From the NCBI GenBank assembly GCA_052148715.1, contig JBKQHQ010000230.1, forward strand, positions 3,243 to 67,242: a DNA stretch of 64,000 nt, given 5' to 3'. A program made the translations under genes and the position numbers. Under the pieces are notes generated by a model, which saw only the letters and a list, made by a program, of their open reading frames with translations, did no database searches and was not told where the DNA came from. This stretch comes from Xanthobacteraceae bacterium (GTDB lineage: Bacteria; Pseudomonadota; Alphaproteobacteria; Rhizobiales; Xanthobacteraceae). Below are positions 37,178 through 47,161 of this stretch, in pieces (the stretch's first letter is position 1; every line of letters starts with the position of its first letter).

Positions 37178-37375
37178 ATGGGATGGATCCAAGTCACAAA
37201 CCTTGAAGGGGGCGTTGTGCACCTGAACACCGACCAGATTGTCCGGCTGCGACCGGGAGGCGATGCGGGAGCGAAAACGACAATTGATCTTGCCGCTGGC
37301 CTGCAGGGTGCGCGCGAAACTCCGGATCAGGTAAGGCAGATGATCGATGCAGTGCAAAAAACCGGCGACGCATAG
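37178..37375 (+). CDS. small hypothetical protein (65 aa)
   Basis: GGAGGG 7 nt upstream of ATG; promoter-like element upstream; no family. Confidence 0.45.
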   Translation: MGWIQVTNLEGGVVHLNTDQIVRLRPGGDAGAKTTIDLAAGLQGARETPDQVRQMIDAVQKTGDA

Positions 37376-37456
37376 GCCGGCTTGTCCGCCGAATCAGCGA
37401 CCTGCTCGATGCGATTCGTCGTGGGAATTCGATCGTACCCTCGCCGGGTGGCGGCT

Positions 37457-37933
37457 TCAGCAGCCGCGACAGATACTACGGAGCGGGCCGTAATCGAGCA
37501 CGGCGGCCCCCTTTGATTGCCTGCCGAACTCGTCCTCGCGGTGATGTTTGAAGCGATGGTGACGGTGTGTGTCCGGACCGGAAACGATCGTCGTTTGCAG
37601 CGGCTCGGAGCCGTACAGGACCGGATTATTCGGCAGGGGCCGCTGTTGCGCGGCAATGCTGCCCGCTGGTCCCGGCGCAATCCTGATGCCGCCCGGTCCC
37701 GGTTGCTCGATCGTAATATCTCTGCCGGCAGGGCCCGGGCTGACGCGGCCGCCACGAGCGCCCCCCGGCCCGATGCCGCCCGGCGTGGAATCCGGCTGCG
37801 ATGGTCCGGGCGCAATCAATACCCCGCCCGGGCCGATCACTTGTGCGCAGGACACACCCACGCCGGCGACCATTAGTATCACCAGAACAGCGGCATAAAT
37901 TGCGGCGGACAAACGTGCTCGCATTTGGTACAC
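37457..37933 (-). CDS. secreted Gly/Pro-rich protein with His-rich C-terminal segment (hypothetical)
   Basis: Signal peptide (AAIYAAVLVILMVAGVGVSCAQV); repeated PGGxxIAPGP motifs; HRHHRFKHHRED. Confidence 0.5.
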   Translation of the reverse strand: MYQMRARLSAAIYAAVLVILMVAGVGVSCAQVIGPGGVLIAPGPSQPDSTPGGIGPGGARGGRVSPGPAGRDITIEQPGPGGIRIAPGPAGSIAAQQRPLPNNPVLYGSEPLQTTIVSGPDTHRHHRFKHHREDEFGRQSKGAAVLDYGPLRSICRGC

Positions 37934-38065
37934 CTATCGTGGCGGGTGCCACCATGGCGTTCGTCCGCCTCGGTCTCTCGGATATAGATACAATCGCCAA
38001 GCGCGGTAGAGGGGCGGCGCAGCCTATTCGCGCGGCAGGACCCCCGTTCATCCGACTCCTCTGTC

Positions 38066-38665
38066 CTATTTGCTGGCGATCCGCCGCATGACCTCCGCGA
38101 TCGTCAGAATTTTAGCTACCGGCCGCAAGCCTTCGATGGCGGCGCGATGAAAGTCTTCGGAAAACGCCGCGCATCCGTCTTCGATCACCGTGCAATCGAA
38201 TTCACGGACGTGGGCGTCGCGCACGGTGGAGGCCACACCGCCGTTGGTCACGATGCCGGTGAAATAGAGCTGCTCGATTGCGCATTTGCGCAGCACCCAT
38301 TCCAGGCGCGTCATGTAGAACGCCGAGTAGGCGACCTTCTCCACACCGATGTCGGCGGGAGCCAGCGCATCGATCAGCTGTTGCCCCCATCCCCCCGGCG
38401 CAAAGTCGCCGTTCGTGAGGAACGGCCGCAGCGACTTGAGATGCGGCGAAATGATCGGCTCGGCTGCGCGTCCGGGCACCAGCGTGAAAAGCGTCGCAAC
38501 GGTGAGGATGCCGCCGTCGCGGGCGGCGCGAACGAGCGGCACGAGCTTGTCCGGCAGCGCCGCGATGGCTGGGTTGGTCTGGCCGGCCCGGCCATAGGCT
38601 CCGTCGCGATGGAGAAAGTCGTTTTGCAGATCGCCGAGGATGAGCGCGCTTGTGTTTGGATTCAT
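38066..38665 (-). CDS. isochorismatase-family cysteine hydrolase
   Basis: 199 aa; isochorismatase fold; overlaps hyuA stop. Confidence 0.8.
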   Translation of the reverse strand: MNPNTSALILGDLQNDFLHRDGAYGRAGQTNPAIAALPDKLVPLVRAARDGGILTVATLFTLVPGRAAEPIISPHLKSLRPFLTNGDFAPGGWGQQLIDALAPADIGVEKVAYSAFYMTRLEWVLRKCAIEQLYFTGIVTNGGVASTVRDAHVREFDCTVIEDGCAAFSEDFHRAAIEGLRPVAKILTIAEVMRRIASK

Positions 38666-40722
38666 GATTCAGGCTCCACGACCAAGTTGCCGATTGAATC
38701 GATCCGGCCGACGAGGCCGGGCTCGATCACGGTGGTCGCGTCGGCTTGCTCGAGGATGGCCGGCCCGTTGATCGCGGCGCCGGCCGGCAGCTCGAGGCGC
38801 GCCCAGATGGCCGCGTCGCGCCATCCGCCATCGAACCACACCGGCCGCGATCCCAGCCGGGCCTTTTCGAGCGATGCGGAGGGGTTGGGAGCAAACACCG
38901 AAAAGTCGAAGGCCGGGCGGCGGCCGATGGCTGCGGTGCGCAGCGTCACGATCCGCGCCGGCACTCCGGGCAGCAATCGACTGAACGACGCAAGGTAGGC
39001 CGCCTCGAAAGCCTGGCGGACCGTGCTCTCGGTAATGCGGAGGTCAGTGCTCTGTGGCGCGACCGGCAACGGCACTGAGACCGTATGCGTCTGCCCGAGG
39101 TAGTGCATGTCGAGCTCGTAGCGCACGTCGGTCCGCTCGACCGGAATATGGCAGGCGGCCACCACGGCAGTCGCGGCCTCGCCGGCGGCGCGCATTCGCC
39201 TTTCGAGCGCCGGTGCGTCAAGGCCGTCGAGCATGAGATTGAGCGTCTGCACGATATCGTGCCGGAGGTCGGCGAGCACGCAGCCGAGCGCCGATGTGAG
39301 CCCGGGAAACCGCGGCACCAGGGCGCATTTCAGGCCGATCTCACGGATCAGGGCGCCGACATGCAGGGCGCCGCCGCCGCCGAACGGCATCGCGACGAAG
39401 CGGGCCGGATCATGGCCGCGCTCGATGGAGACGAGCCGGATCGCGCCCGCCATGCGCGCGTCGGCCACGCGTACGATGGCGACGGCGGCCGCGTCCGCAT
39501 CGAGGCCGAGCGGCTTTCCGACATGCGTCGCAATGGCCGCTCTCGCCGCCGCGACGTCGAGCGATTTCAGCTCGCCGCCGAGCGGACGCGCCGCGTTGAT
39601 GCGGCCGAGCACGACCTGCGCGTCCGTCAGCGTGGGTCGCGTGTTGCCTCGGCCGTAGCAGACGGGTCCGGGGACCGAGCCAGCGCTTTCCGGGCCGACC
39701 TGCAGCAGACCGCCCCGATCGACCGAGGCGATCGAGCCGCCGCCGGCGCCGATGGTCGTGATCTCGACCATCGGCGTGCGGATGACCAGACCGAAATCGA
39801 CGGTCGTCTGCGCCGCGACGGAAACCTTGCCGCCGGCGATCAGCGAGACATCAAACGAGGTGCCGCCAAGGTCGCAGGTGATGACATTGTCGAACCCCGA
39901 GGCCTTGGCGAGCGCCGAGCCGGCGACGACTCCGGCGGCCGGGCCCGACAGCGCCGTGCGCACGGGGAGCTTGCGCGCGGTCGCCGTCGACATGATGCCG
40001 CCGTTGGACTGGACGATGTGGAGCTGGCCGGGAAAGCCTTGCCGCGCCAGCGCGGCTTCAAGCTTGCCGATGTAGGACGCGACGACCGGCTGCAGATAGG
40101 CGTTGAGCGCCGTCGTCGACGACCGCTCGAACTCGCGGATCTCCGACAGCACCTCGTGCGAGCCGGTGATGAATTCGTTCGGCCAGACCGCCCGCAATTC
40201 GGCGAGCGCCCGGCGCTCGTTGTCGGCATTGGCATAGGCGTTGATGAAGGTGATGGCGATGCTCTGCGCGCCCTGGTCGAGGAGATGCTTCGCCGCGGCG
40301 CGGATTTCCGGGGTGTCGAGCGACGTCCGAACGCTGCCGTCCGCCAGCGTCCGCTCATTCACTTCCACGCGCATGTCGCGGTCGGCGATCGGGATGAAGT
40401 CGCCCCACAGGCCCCAGGTGCGGCGGCGGTCCCGCCGGCGCATTTCGAGCACATCGCGGAAGCCGCGCGTGGTGATGACGCCAATCTTGGGGCCGCGGCG
40501 CTCAAGCAGCGTGTTGGTGCCGACGGTGGTGCCGTGCACGATCGAATCGATCCCGGCAACATCGCCGAGCGCCTTCAGTCCATTCAAGAAACCCTGGGCC
40601 TCGTCGCCGCGATGCGACGGCACCTTGGCGGTGCGGAACTGCCCGGCCGAGGAATCCAGCAGGAACAGGTCGGTGAAAGTCCCGCCGACATCGACCCCGA
40701 CGATGACGCCGCGATCGCTCAT
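38662..40722 (-). CDS. hyuA: hydantoinase/oxoprolinase family A subunit (HyuA-like, ATP-dependent)
   Basis: 686 aa; N-terminal GVDVGGTFTD ASKHA-type ATPase motif; hydantoinase_A family throughout. Confidence 0.85.
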   Translation of the reverse strand: MSDRGVIVGVDVGGTFTDLFLLDSSAGQFRTAKVPSHRGDEAQGFLNGLKALGDVAGIDSIVHGTTVGTNTLLERRGPKIGVITTRGFRDVLEMRRRDRRRTWGLWGDFIPIADRDMRVEVNERTLADGSVRTSLDTPEIRAAAKHLLDQGAQSIAITFINAYANADNERRALAELRAVWPNEFITGSHEVLSEIREFERSSTTALNAYLQPVVASYIGKLEAALARQGFPGQLHIVQSNGGIMSTATARKLPVRTALSGPAAGVVAGSALAKASGFDNVITCDLGGTSFDVSLIAGGKVSVAAQTTVDFGLVIRTPMVEITTIGAGGGSIASVDRGGLLQVGPESAGSVPGPVCYGRGNTRPTLTDAQVVLGRINAARPLGGELKSLDVAAARAAIATHVGKPLGLDADAAAVAIVRVADARMAGAIRLVSIERGHDPARFVAMPFGGGGALHVGALIREIGLKCALVPRFPGLTSALGCVLADLRHDIVQTLNLMLDGLDAPALERRMRAAGEAATAVVAACHIPVERTDVRYELDMHYLGQTHTVSVPLPVAPQSTDLRITESTVRQAFEAAYLASFSRLLPGVPARIVTLRTAAIGRRPAFDFSVFAPNPSASLEKARLGSRPVWFDGGWRDAAIWARLELPAGAAINGPAILEQADATTVIEPGLVGRIDSIGNLVVEPES

Positions 40723-42458
40723 GCCGGCGCCCGGGAACGCGCTTGCGCGGTGGCGTCGGCATCAAGCGAGCCGTCGGGGCGCAGCACCACCCTGTAGTCG
40801 CTGAGTGCGGCCTCCGGCGAGATGTAGCCGAAGCGAACGTCGCGCGCGACGCGCTCCGGCTCGCGCGTCAGCGGGTTGCCAAAACCTCCACCGCCCGGCG
40901 TTTCCAGGCGCACCTTCTGGCCGCGGCTGATCCTGATATCGGCGACCTTGGAGACGAGGGGCGGCGTTGCCTCCCCGCGGTCGGTCTCATAGACGAAGCG
41001 ATTGAGCGCGGCCGGCTTGCCGCCGTTCACCCCGAACGGCGGAAATTTGCCGCGCTCGCCCAAGAGAAACACCTCGGCGCCGTCCTCGGCCAAGGCCTCG
41101 ATCTCGTAGATCGCACCGAGCCCGCCGCGATGCCGGCCCGGACCGCCTGAGTCCGGGCGGAGCGCCCACTGCGTGAACATGATCGGATAGAGCGACTCCA
41201 AAATCTCGACCGGCGGGATGGTCGCGGTCGAGATCGGATTGTTGGCGTGATTGAGCCCGTCGCCCTCCGGGTTGCCGCCGAGCCCGCCGCCGAAGAAGCA
41301 GAACATGACCCAGCGCCGGCCGTGCGCGCGCCAGCCGGCCAGCGACAGCGCGTTGATGGTGGCAAACGGGCTGCCGTTGGCGCGCTCGGGCGCCGCCTTG
41401 GCGAAGGCGCCGAAGATGACGTCGATCACGCGTAAAATGGTCTCGGTGTAGCCGCCGACGGGACGCGGCGCCGATACGCCGAGCAGCGTGGTGTCGGGGA
41501 TGACGAATTCGATCGGCGCCAGGCATCCGGCGTTGGCGGGAACGTCGGTGAAGAGGTGCTTGAGCGCGACATAGCAACACGCGACGGCGGTCGAGCGCGC
41601 GATGTTGAGGGGACCCTCGCACGGCGGCGCCGAGCGCGAGAAGTCGAGCCGCATCCGATCGCCGGTGATCGTGAGATCGAGCGCGATGCGCAGCGGGCGG
41701 TCGGTAATGCCGTCATTGTCGAGAAAGTCGTCGTAGCTATAGGTGCCGTCCGGCAGCGCCGCGATATTGGCCCGCATCAGCGTTTCCGCGCGCGCGCTGA
41801 GCGCCGCCAGCACGGACGTGATGGTGTCGTCGCCGTATTCGTCGAGCAGCGCGTGCAGGCGGCGCTCCCCGAGATCGAGCGCGTTGAGCTGGGCGTTGAG
41901 ATCGCCCCAGTTCGATTGCGGCACGCGCGAGTTCGCGGACAGAATGTCGACGATGTCCTGCTGCAGCACGCCCGCGCGGACGAGCTTTACCGGCGGGACG
42001 CGGAAGCCCTCCTGAAAGCTTTCCGTCGCCTTCGCATTGAAATTGCCGGGGACGTTGCCGCCGACGTCGAGCCAATGGGCGACCGAGGCCAGCCAAGCGA
42101 AAATCTTGTTCCCGCGCATGAGCGGCCGCACCAGCCGGATGTCGTTGAGATGGGTGCCGCCGTCGTAGGGGTCGTTGAAGAGAAAAGTGTCGCCGGCCGC
42201 AAGCCCGCCGTCGCGCGCGACCTTGTCGATCACCGACTTGACCGCGAATGCCATGGCGCCGACGAAGATCGGCAGGCCGGACGTCCCCTGCACCAGCGTT
42301 GCGCCCGTCTCTGCGTGATAGAGGCCGTGGCAAGCGTCGTGCGCTTCGGCGATGATCGGATTGAAGGCCGAGCGATAGAGCGTCGCGTCCATCTCCTCGG
42401 CGATCTGAACGAGACGGCCGTTGAGCACCGCAAGCGTGATCGGATCGAGCGAGTTCAA
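40719..42458 (-). CDS. hyuB: hydantoinase B/oxoprolinase family B subunit (HyuB-like)
   Basis: HyuB-like from LNSLDPITLAVLNGRL onward; probable TTG start at 42458 forming a TTGA overlap with the upstream stop; the 180 Arg-rich residues of the 761-aa ORF are an artefact. Confidence 0.8.
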   Translation of the reverse strand: MNSLDPITLAVLNGRLVQIAEEMDATLYRSAFNPIIAEAHDACHGLYHAETGATLVQGTSGLPIFVGAMAFAVKSVIDKVARDGGLAAGDTFLFNDPYDGGTHLNDIRLVRPLMRGNKIFAWLASVAHWLDVGGNVPGNFNAKATESFQEGFRVPPVKLVRAGVLQQDIVDILSANSRVPQSNWGDLNAQLNALDLGERRLHALLDEYGDDTITSVLAALSARAETLMRANIAALPDGTYSYDDFLDNDGITDRPLRIALDLTITGDRMRLDFSRSAPPCEGPLNIARSTAVACCYVALKHLFTDVPANAGCLAPIEFVIPDTTLLGVSAPRPVGGYTETILRVIDVIFGAFAKAAPERANGSPFATINALSLAGWRAHGRRWVMFCFFGGGLGGNPEGDGLNHANNPISTATIPPVEILESLYPIMFTQWALRPDSGGPGRHRGGLGAIYEIEALAEDGAEVFLLGERGKFPPFGVNGGKPAALNRFVYETDRGEATPPLVSKVADIRISRGQKVRLETPGGGGFGNPLTREPERVARDVRFGYISPEAALSDYRVVLRPDGSLDADATAQARSRAPA

Positions 42459-43357
42459 CGGCGTGGGCCTGTCTTCTTGTCCGTCGGCGGGGTTTCGTAA
42501 CGCTTGCCCAAGGCGATCATCTCCGGCGTGCCGATGAGATCGTTGAGCCCGTCGAAATCGAGCATCTTGGAGCGAAAAAGCTCGGTGGTGCCGTGCTCGG
42601 CGAGCGAGGCGAAGTATTCGCTGGCTGTGCGCGCAAGCGCTCGCACGATGCCGCCGGGGAAAATCACCAACGCGAAGCCGATCGCCTCCAACTCGGCTGC
42701 GGATAATGCCGGGGTCTTGCCGCCTTCGACCATGTTCGCCATCAGCGGCCGGCTCCCTCCCAAGGCCGTGACGATGCGGGCAAGATCGTCGCGCGTTTTC
42801 GGCGCTTCGACGAACAACATGTCGGCGCCGGCCTCGCGGTAGCGCGCGGCACGCTCGATCGCGGGCGCAAAACCTTCGACCGCGACCGCGTCGGTGCGGG
42901 CGATTACCAGTGTCTCGCGCGAGTGCCGGGCGTCGAGCGCGGCGCGGATTTTTCCGCACATTTCCTCGGCCGGGATCAAAGCTTTGCCGTCGAGGTGCCC
43001 GCAACGCTTGGGGAAATCTTGGTCCTCGAGCTGGATCGCGTTGGCGCCTGCCTGCTCGAAGCGGCGGACGGTGCGCACGACGTTGAGCGCGTTGCCGTAG
43101 CCGGTGTCGGCGTCGACGATCAGGTGGGCATCGACGCGGTCGCGGATCAGGCCCAGCATGTCGGCGACCTCGCTCATGCCGACGAGGCCGATGTCCGGCC
43201 GGCCGAGCCGGGTATAGGCGATGGCGGCGCCGGAGACATACAGCGTGGTGAACCCCGCCTTCGCGCCGACGAGAGCGGTGAACGCGTCGTACACGCCCGG
43301 TGCCACCACGATGGGTTTCCGGGTCAGGCGAGAGCGCAGCGTTTCGGCATCAGCCAT
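42455..43357 (-). CDS. isocitrate lyase/PEP mutase superfamily protein (2-methylisocitrate lyase / carboxy-PEP mutase / oxaloacetate decarboxylase-like)
   Basis: 300 aa from ATG 43357 (MADAETLRSRL...); ICL/PEPM family sequence throughout; the upstream 182 aa of the ORF are an artefact. Confidence 0.8.
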   Translation of the reverse strand: MADAETLRSRLTRKPIVVAPGVYDAFTALVGAKAGFTTLYVSGAAIAYTRLGRPDIGLVGMSEVADMLGLIRDRVDAHLIVDADTGYGNALNVVRTVRRFEQAGANAIQLEDQDFPKRCGHLDGKALIPAEEMCGKIRAALDARHSRETLVIARTDAVAVEGFAPAIERAARYREAGADMLFVEAPKTRDDLARIVTALGGSRPLMANMVEGGKTPALSAAELEAIGFALVIFPGGIVRALARTASEYFASLAEHGTTELFRSKMLDFDGLNDLIGTPEMIALGKRYETPPTDKKTGPRR

Positions 43358-43359
43358 GG

Positions 43360-44085
43360 TCACATTCCGAGATAGGCGCGCTTGAGATCGGGGTTGTTCC
43401 GGATCTCGCCGGCACTTCCCCGCAGGACGAACATGCCATTGTCGAGGATATAGGCGCGCTGCGCCACGTCGAGGCTTTGCACGACGTTCTGCTCGACGAG
43501 GAGGAGGGCTATTCCTTCGGCGTTGATGCGCTTGATCAACGCAAAAAGCTCCTCGACCAGGAGCGGGGAGAGGCCGAGCGACGGCTCGTCGAGGATCAGC
43601 AGTCTTGGCTCGGCCATCAGCCCGCGCCCGATCGCGAGCATTTGCTGCTCGCCGCCCGACAGCGTTCCGGCGCGCTGGCTCTGCCGTTCGGCGAGCCGCG
43701 GGAAGATTGCCAGAACCCTCTTTCGGTTGCTGTCGCGCCGCGCGCGGGCGCGGCGGTAGGCGCCAAGGTCGAGATTTTCTCGGACCGTCAGGTTGGGGAA
43801 GATGCGGCGGCCCTCCGGGACGTGGATGAGGCCGCGCGCCACGATCGCCGCGGGCCGTTCGCGTTCGATCATCGCGTCGGCAAAGCGGATCGTGCCGCGC
43901 CAAGGCCTGACCACGCCGGCGATGGTCCGGTTGAGGGTCGATTTTCCGGCCCCGTTCGAGCCCAGCACGGCAACGATTTCACCGTGCCCCACGGTGAGGT
44001 CGACCCCGCGCAAAATCTCGGTATTTCCGTAGCCCGCGCGGAGGCCGCTCACCGCGAGGACGGGCTCGGACGCGCTCTCAGGCAT
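43360..44085 (-). CDS. livF: HAAT ABC transporter ATP-binding protein LivF-like
   Basis: Walker A GSNGAGKST, signature LSGGEQQML; ATG at 44085. Confidence 0.85.
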   Translation of the reverse strand: MPESASEPVLAVSGLRAGYGNTEILRGVDLTVGHGEIVAVLGSNGAGKSTLNRTIAGVVRPWRGTIRFADAMIERERPAAIVARGLIHVPEGRRIFPNLTVRENLDLGAYRRARARRDSNRKRVLAIFPRLAERQSQRAGTLSGGEQQMLAIGRGLMAEPRLLILDEPSLGLSPLLVEELFALIKRINAEGIALLLVEQNVVQSLDVAQRAYILDNGMFVLRGSAGEIRNNPDLKRAYLGM

Positions 44086-44835
44086 GGGACGCCCCCGCGG
44101 CCGCCATCCGGCCGGCCGCGCCATGGCCGAGATAGGCTTCCACAACGCGCGGATCACCGGCGATCGCTTGCGGCGAACCTTGCGCGATGATGCGGCCCTC
44201 GGCCAGCACGAACACCTGCTCGGCAAGGCTCATGACCGCTTGCATGACATGTTCGATCATGACGATGGTGATGCCGCGATCGCGAATGGCGCGGATGACC
44301 GGCACCATGTCGCGGATCTCGGAGGGATTGAGGCCGGCGAGCACTTCATCGAGCAGAAGGAGCCGCGGCTCGATCGCCAGCGCCCGCGCGAGCTCCAGCC
44401 GCTTGCGGCCGGCGACCGTGAGGTTTTGGGCCGGGCGGTCGAGGAGTTCGCCGAGACCGACCGTGCGCGCGACCTCGCCGGCGGCCGCGAGCGCATCCGC
44501 TCGCGACGGTCGCGACAGATGCGCGCCGACCGCGATGTTCTCCCGCACCGTCAACCCGGCAAACGGCTGCACAATCTGGAAGGTGCGCGCAATGCCGCGC
44601 CGGGCGAGACGGTGCGGCGGCTCGCCGGCGATATCGGCGCCGTCATAGACGATCGCGCCTTCGCTCGGTGACAGAAAGCCGGTGATGACCGAGAACAGCG
44701 TGGTCTTGCCGGCGCCGTTCGGTCCGATCAGGGCGGTGATGCGGCCGGCTTCGGCCGTGAACGACGCCCGATCGAGCGCAAGCAAGCCGCCGAAGCGTTT
44801 TGACACTTGCTCGACCCGGAGGAGCGCCTCAGCCA
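44078..44835 (-). CDS. livG: HAAT ABC transporter ATP-binding protein LivG-like
   Basis: GPNGAGKTT Walker A; likely GTG start at 44835 (VAEALLRVEQVSKRFGG) with GGAG upstream. Confidence 0.8.
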
Positions 44836-45833
44836 CCGACGCGCTCCAGCGAGGCGGGCGCGGCCGTTCTTGGCACCTTTTTTGGCGACAGCAACCGATG
44901 ACGCAGGTCATCAAGGATGCCGACCACGCCGCGCGGCGCAAACGCGATCATCAGGACGAGAGCGCCGCCATAGATGACGAGATCGAGGCCGGGTGCGTCG
45001 CCGGTTACGAGCTTGGTGATCTCGCCCAGCGTCTTGACCACGAGCGCGCCGAGCAAGGGACCGAAAACGCTGCCGATGCCGCCGATGATGGGGGAGAGCA
45101 GCGCCTCGATCGAGATCCACGGCCCATAGGCGATGCCAGCGTCGACGAAGAGGAAATACTGGGCGTAGAAGCAGCCGCCAGCGGCCGTGATCGCGGCGGA
45201 GATGGTCATCGCGCCGAGCTTGACGAGCGTCGGATCGACGCCCAACGCTTTGGCGGCATCCTCGTTTTCACGCACGGCGACGAGATAGGCGCCGAAACGG
45301 CTGTCCTCGATCATCCGCAGGAGGATCAGTGACAGGCCGACCAGTGCGAGAATGATCCAGTAGAATGGCGCCCGGCTTTGGAACTGAAACGCCTCCGGAC
45401 GCAGGTCGAGCTTGATGAGGATGCCGACACCGGCCCCGGTGATGGGTGCGACGCTGGCGATGATGCGCAGTACCTCTGCGAAGGCCAGCGTGACGAGTGC
45501 GAAGTACGAGCCTTTCAGTCCGGAGCGGAAGCTCAACGCTCCGATCACGGCGCCGACCAGCGCACCCGTCGCAATGCCGACGCAGAAGCCGAGCCAGGCG
45601 TTGATGCCGTAGCGCGTCTGCAGGATCGCGGTCATATAGGCGCCGGTGCCGAAAAACGCCGCGTGGCCGAAGGAATACTGCCCGCCATAGCCGCCGAGCA
45701 GATTCCAGCCCTGGCCGACGAGAGCAATCAGGAACGTGACAACCAGAAAGTTGAGCACCACGTTGGACGAGGTGACCAGCGGCACCGTCGCAAGCAGGGC
45801 CAGGGCCACAAGGATCCACGCCATCCCCCTCAC
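44829..45833 (-). CDS. livM: HAAT ABC transporter permease LivM-like
   Basis: 334 aa polytopic permease. Confidence 0.85.
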   Translation of the reverse strand: MRGMAWILVALALLATVPLVTSSNVVLNFLVVTFLIALVGQGWNLLGGYGGQYSFGHAAFFGTGAYMTAILQTRYGINAWLGFCVGIATGALVGAVIGALSFRSGLKGSYFALVTLAFAEVLRIIASVAPITGAGVGILIKLDLRPEAFQFQSRAPFYWIILALVGLSLILLRMIEDSRFGAYLVAVRENEDAAKALGVDPTLVKLGAMTISAAITAAGGCFYAQYFLFVDAGIAYGPWISIEALLSPIIGGIGSVFGPLLGALVVKTLGEITKLVTGDAPGLDLVIYGGALVLMIAFAPRGVVGILDDLRHRLLSPKKVPRTAAPASLERVGG

Positions 45834-46711
45834 GTCCGTTCTCCGAACAGGCCGCTCGGGCGGAACAACAGGACGAGGATGAACATCACGAAAATGCCGA
45901 TCTGTCCAAGTGATTCACCGAGGTAGAGGCCCGAAAGACTCTCCACCACGCCCACGAACAACCCGCCGATCAGCGCGCCCACCACCGACCCCATGCCGCC
46001 GAGAACGACGATGGTGAAGGCGATGAGGACGAAGGCGTTTCCGGCGCTGGGGTTGACGTAATAGGTCGGAATCAGCAGGCAGGCAGCGATCGCCAGGCAT
46101 GCGGTGCCAAGCCCGAACGTGACGGCATAGATGTGCGGGACATCGATGCCGGAGAGCTCGGCGCCGAGTTTTTCCTTGGCGACCGCGCGGATCGCCTTGC
46201 CGGTGTCGGTCCAGCGCATCAGGACCCACAGCGCCAGCGCCACGATCAGCACCGCGGCAAACGCGATCAGACGGGGAACCGCCAGGAACGCCGGGCCAAT
46301 CTCGACGACATTGAACGCATAAGGAAGATCGATCGTGCGCGTATCCGCACGAAAGGCATAGAGCAACCCATTCTCGATCACCACGGCAAGGCCGAGCGTC
46401 ACCAGCAGGATGTTGCGATCATCGCCATGCGCGGCCGGGCCGATAATGAAGCGTTGCAGGGCGTATCCCACGAGGAAGAACAGCGGCGTGAGAAGCACGG
46501 CCGCGACATAAGGGTCGATACCGAAGAGCCGGTTGGCGAAAAACGCCGCGAACATCGCGGCGGTCAGCAGCGCGCCATGCGCGAAGTTGATGATGTGCAG
46601 CACGCCGTAGATTAGCGTGAGGCCCAGCGCGACCAGCGCGTAGACGGCGCCCGTCATCAATCCGTTGAGCACCGCCGGAAAGAGGATGACACCCGACAAC
46701 ATGGCGGACAT
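45830..46711 (-). CDS. livH: HAAT ABC transporter permease LivH-like
   Basis: 293 aa polytopic permease; first gene of the 8-gene operon. Confidence 0.85.
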   Translation of the reverse strand: MSAMLSGVILFPAVLNGLMTGAVYALVALGLTLIYGVLHIINFAHGALLTAAMFAAFFANRLFGIDPYVAAVLLTPLFFLVGYALQRFIIGPAAHGDDRNILLVTLGLAVVIENGLLYAFRADTRTIDLPYAFNVVEIGPAFLAVPRLIAFAAVLIVALALWVLMRWTDTGKAIRAVAKEKLGAELSGIDVPHIYAVTFGLGTACLAIAACLLIPTYYVNPSAGNAFVLIAFTIVVLGGMGSVVGALIGGLFVGVVESLSGLYLGESLGQIGIFVMFILVLLFRPSGLFGERT

Positions 46712-47012
46712 CTTAGCGAATGCGCGAAACGACGCCCAGCACCATGGTATCCACGCCGGATAAATCGCTCGGCGCCTGCGACGAACTCCTCCACTCGATC
46801 AGACGATTTAGCCCACGGCATATTTCACGCCGAAAGACTCGGAGAAAAATCTGCCGATGAGAGCAGGGGAGGGCTGCAACTCCGGCGCAGCCGGCGGCGG
46901 TCCGCGAATGGGTCGCGTGGATGCCGCCGTGACGGCGGTACCGCCGCGATCGTCGAGGGACGAAAAGCTCTCCCCGACCGCCCGATGCCCAGCGGGGGTC
47001 CTGGAGATTCTT

Positions 47013-47099
47013 GTGGGGTGCGCAAAAGGCGCGGCACACGCCGTGCGCACGCGGATGCTGGGCCATCCGCGTGGGCAAAATCGAGCGGCGCATAGGGTG
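47013..47099. repeat. degenerate REP-family remnant
   Basis: GTGGGGTGCGCAAAAGGCGCGGC ... CCGTGCGCACGCGG ... GCGTGGGCAAAA ... CATAGGGTG; partial, rearranged matches to the REP consensus; produces a PFAHPT peptide in a spurious ORF. Confidence 0.45.
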
Positions 47100-47161
47100 A
47101 ACCTCTCGGCCGCGGCAGGCGACTTTAAAATCCCGGCGGAATGGCCGTCAAAGCCGCGACT

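Noticed and set aside
39085-40797. 570-aa + strand ORF
   Set aside because: Antisense to hyuA; low-complexity Arg/Asp/Gly composition
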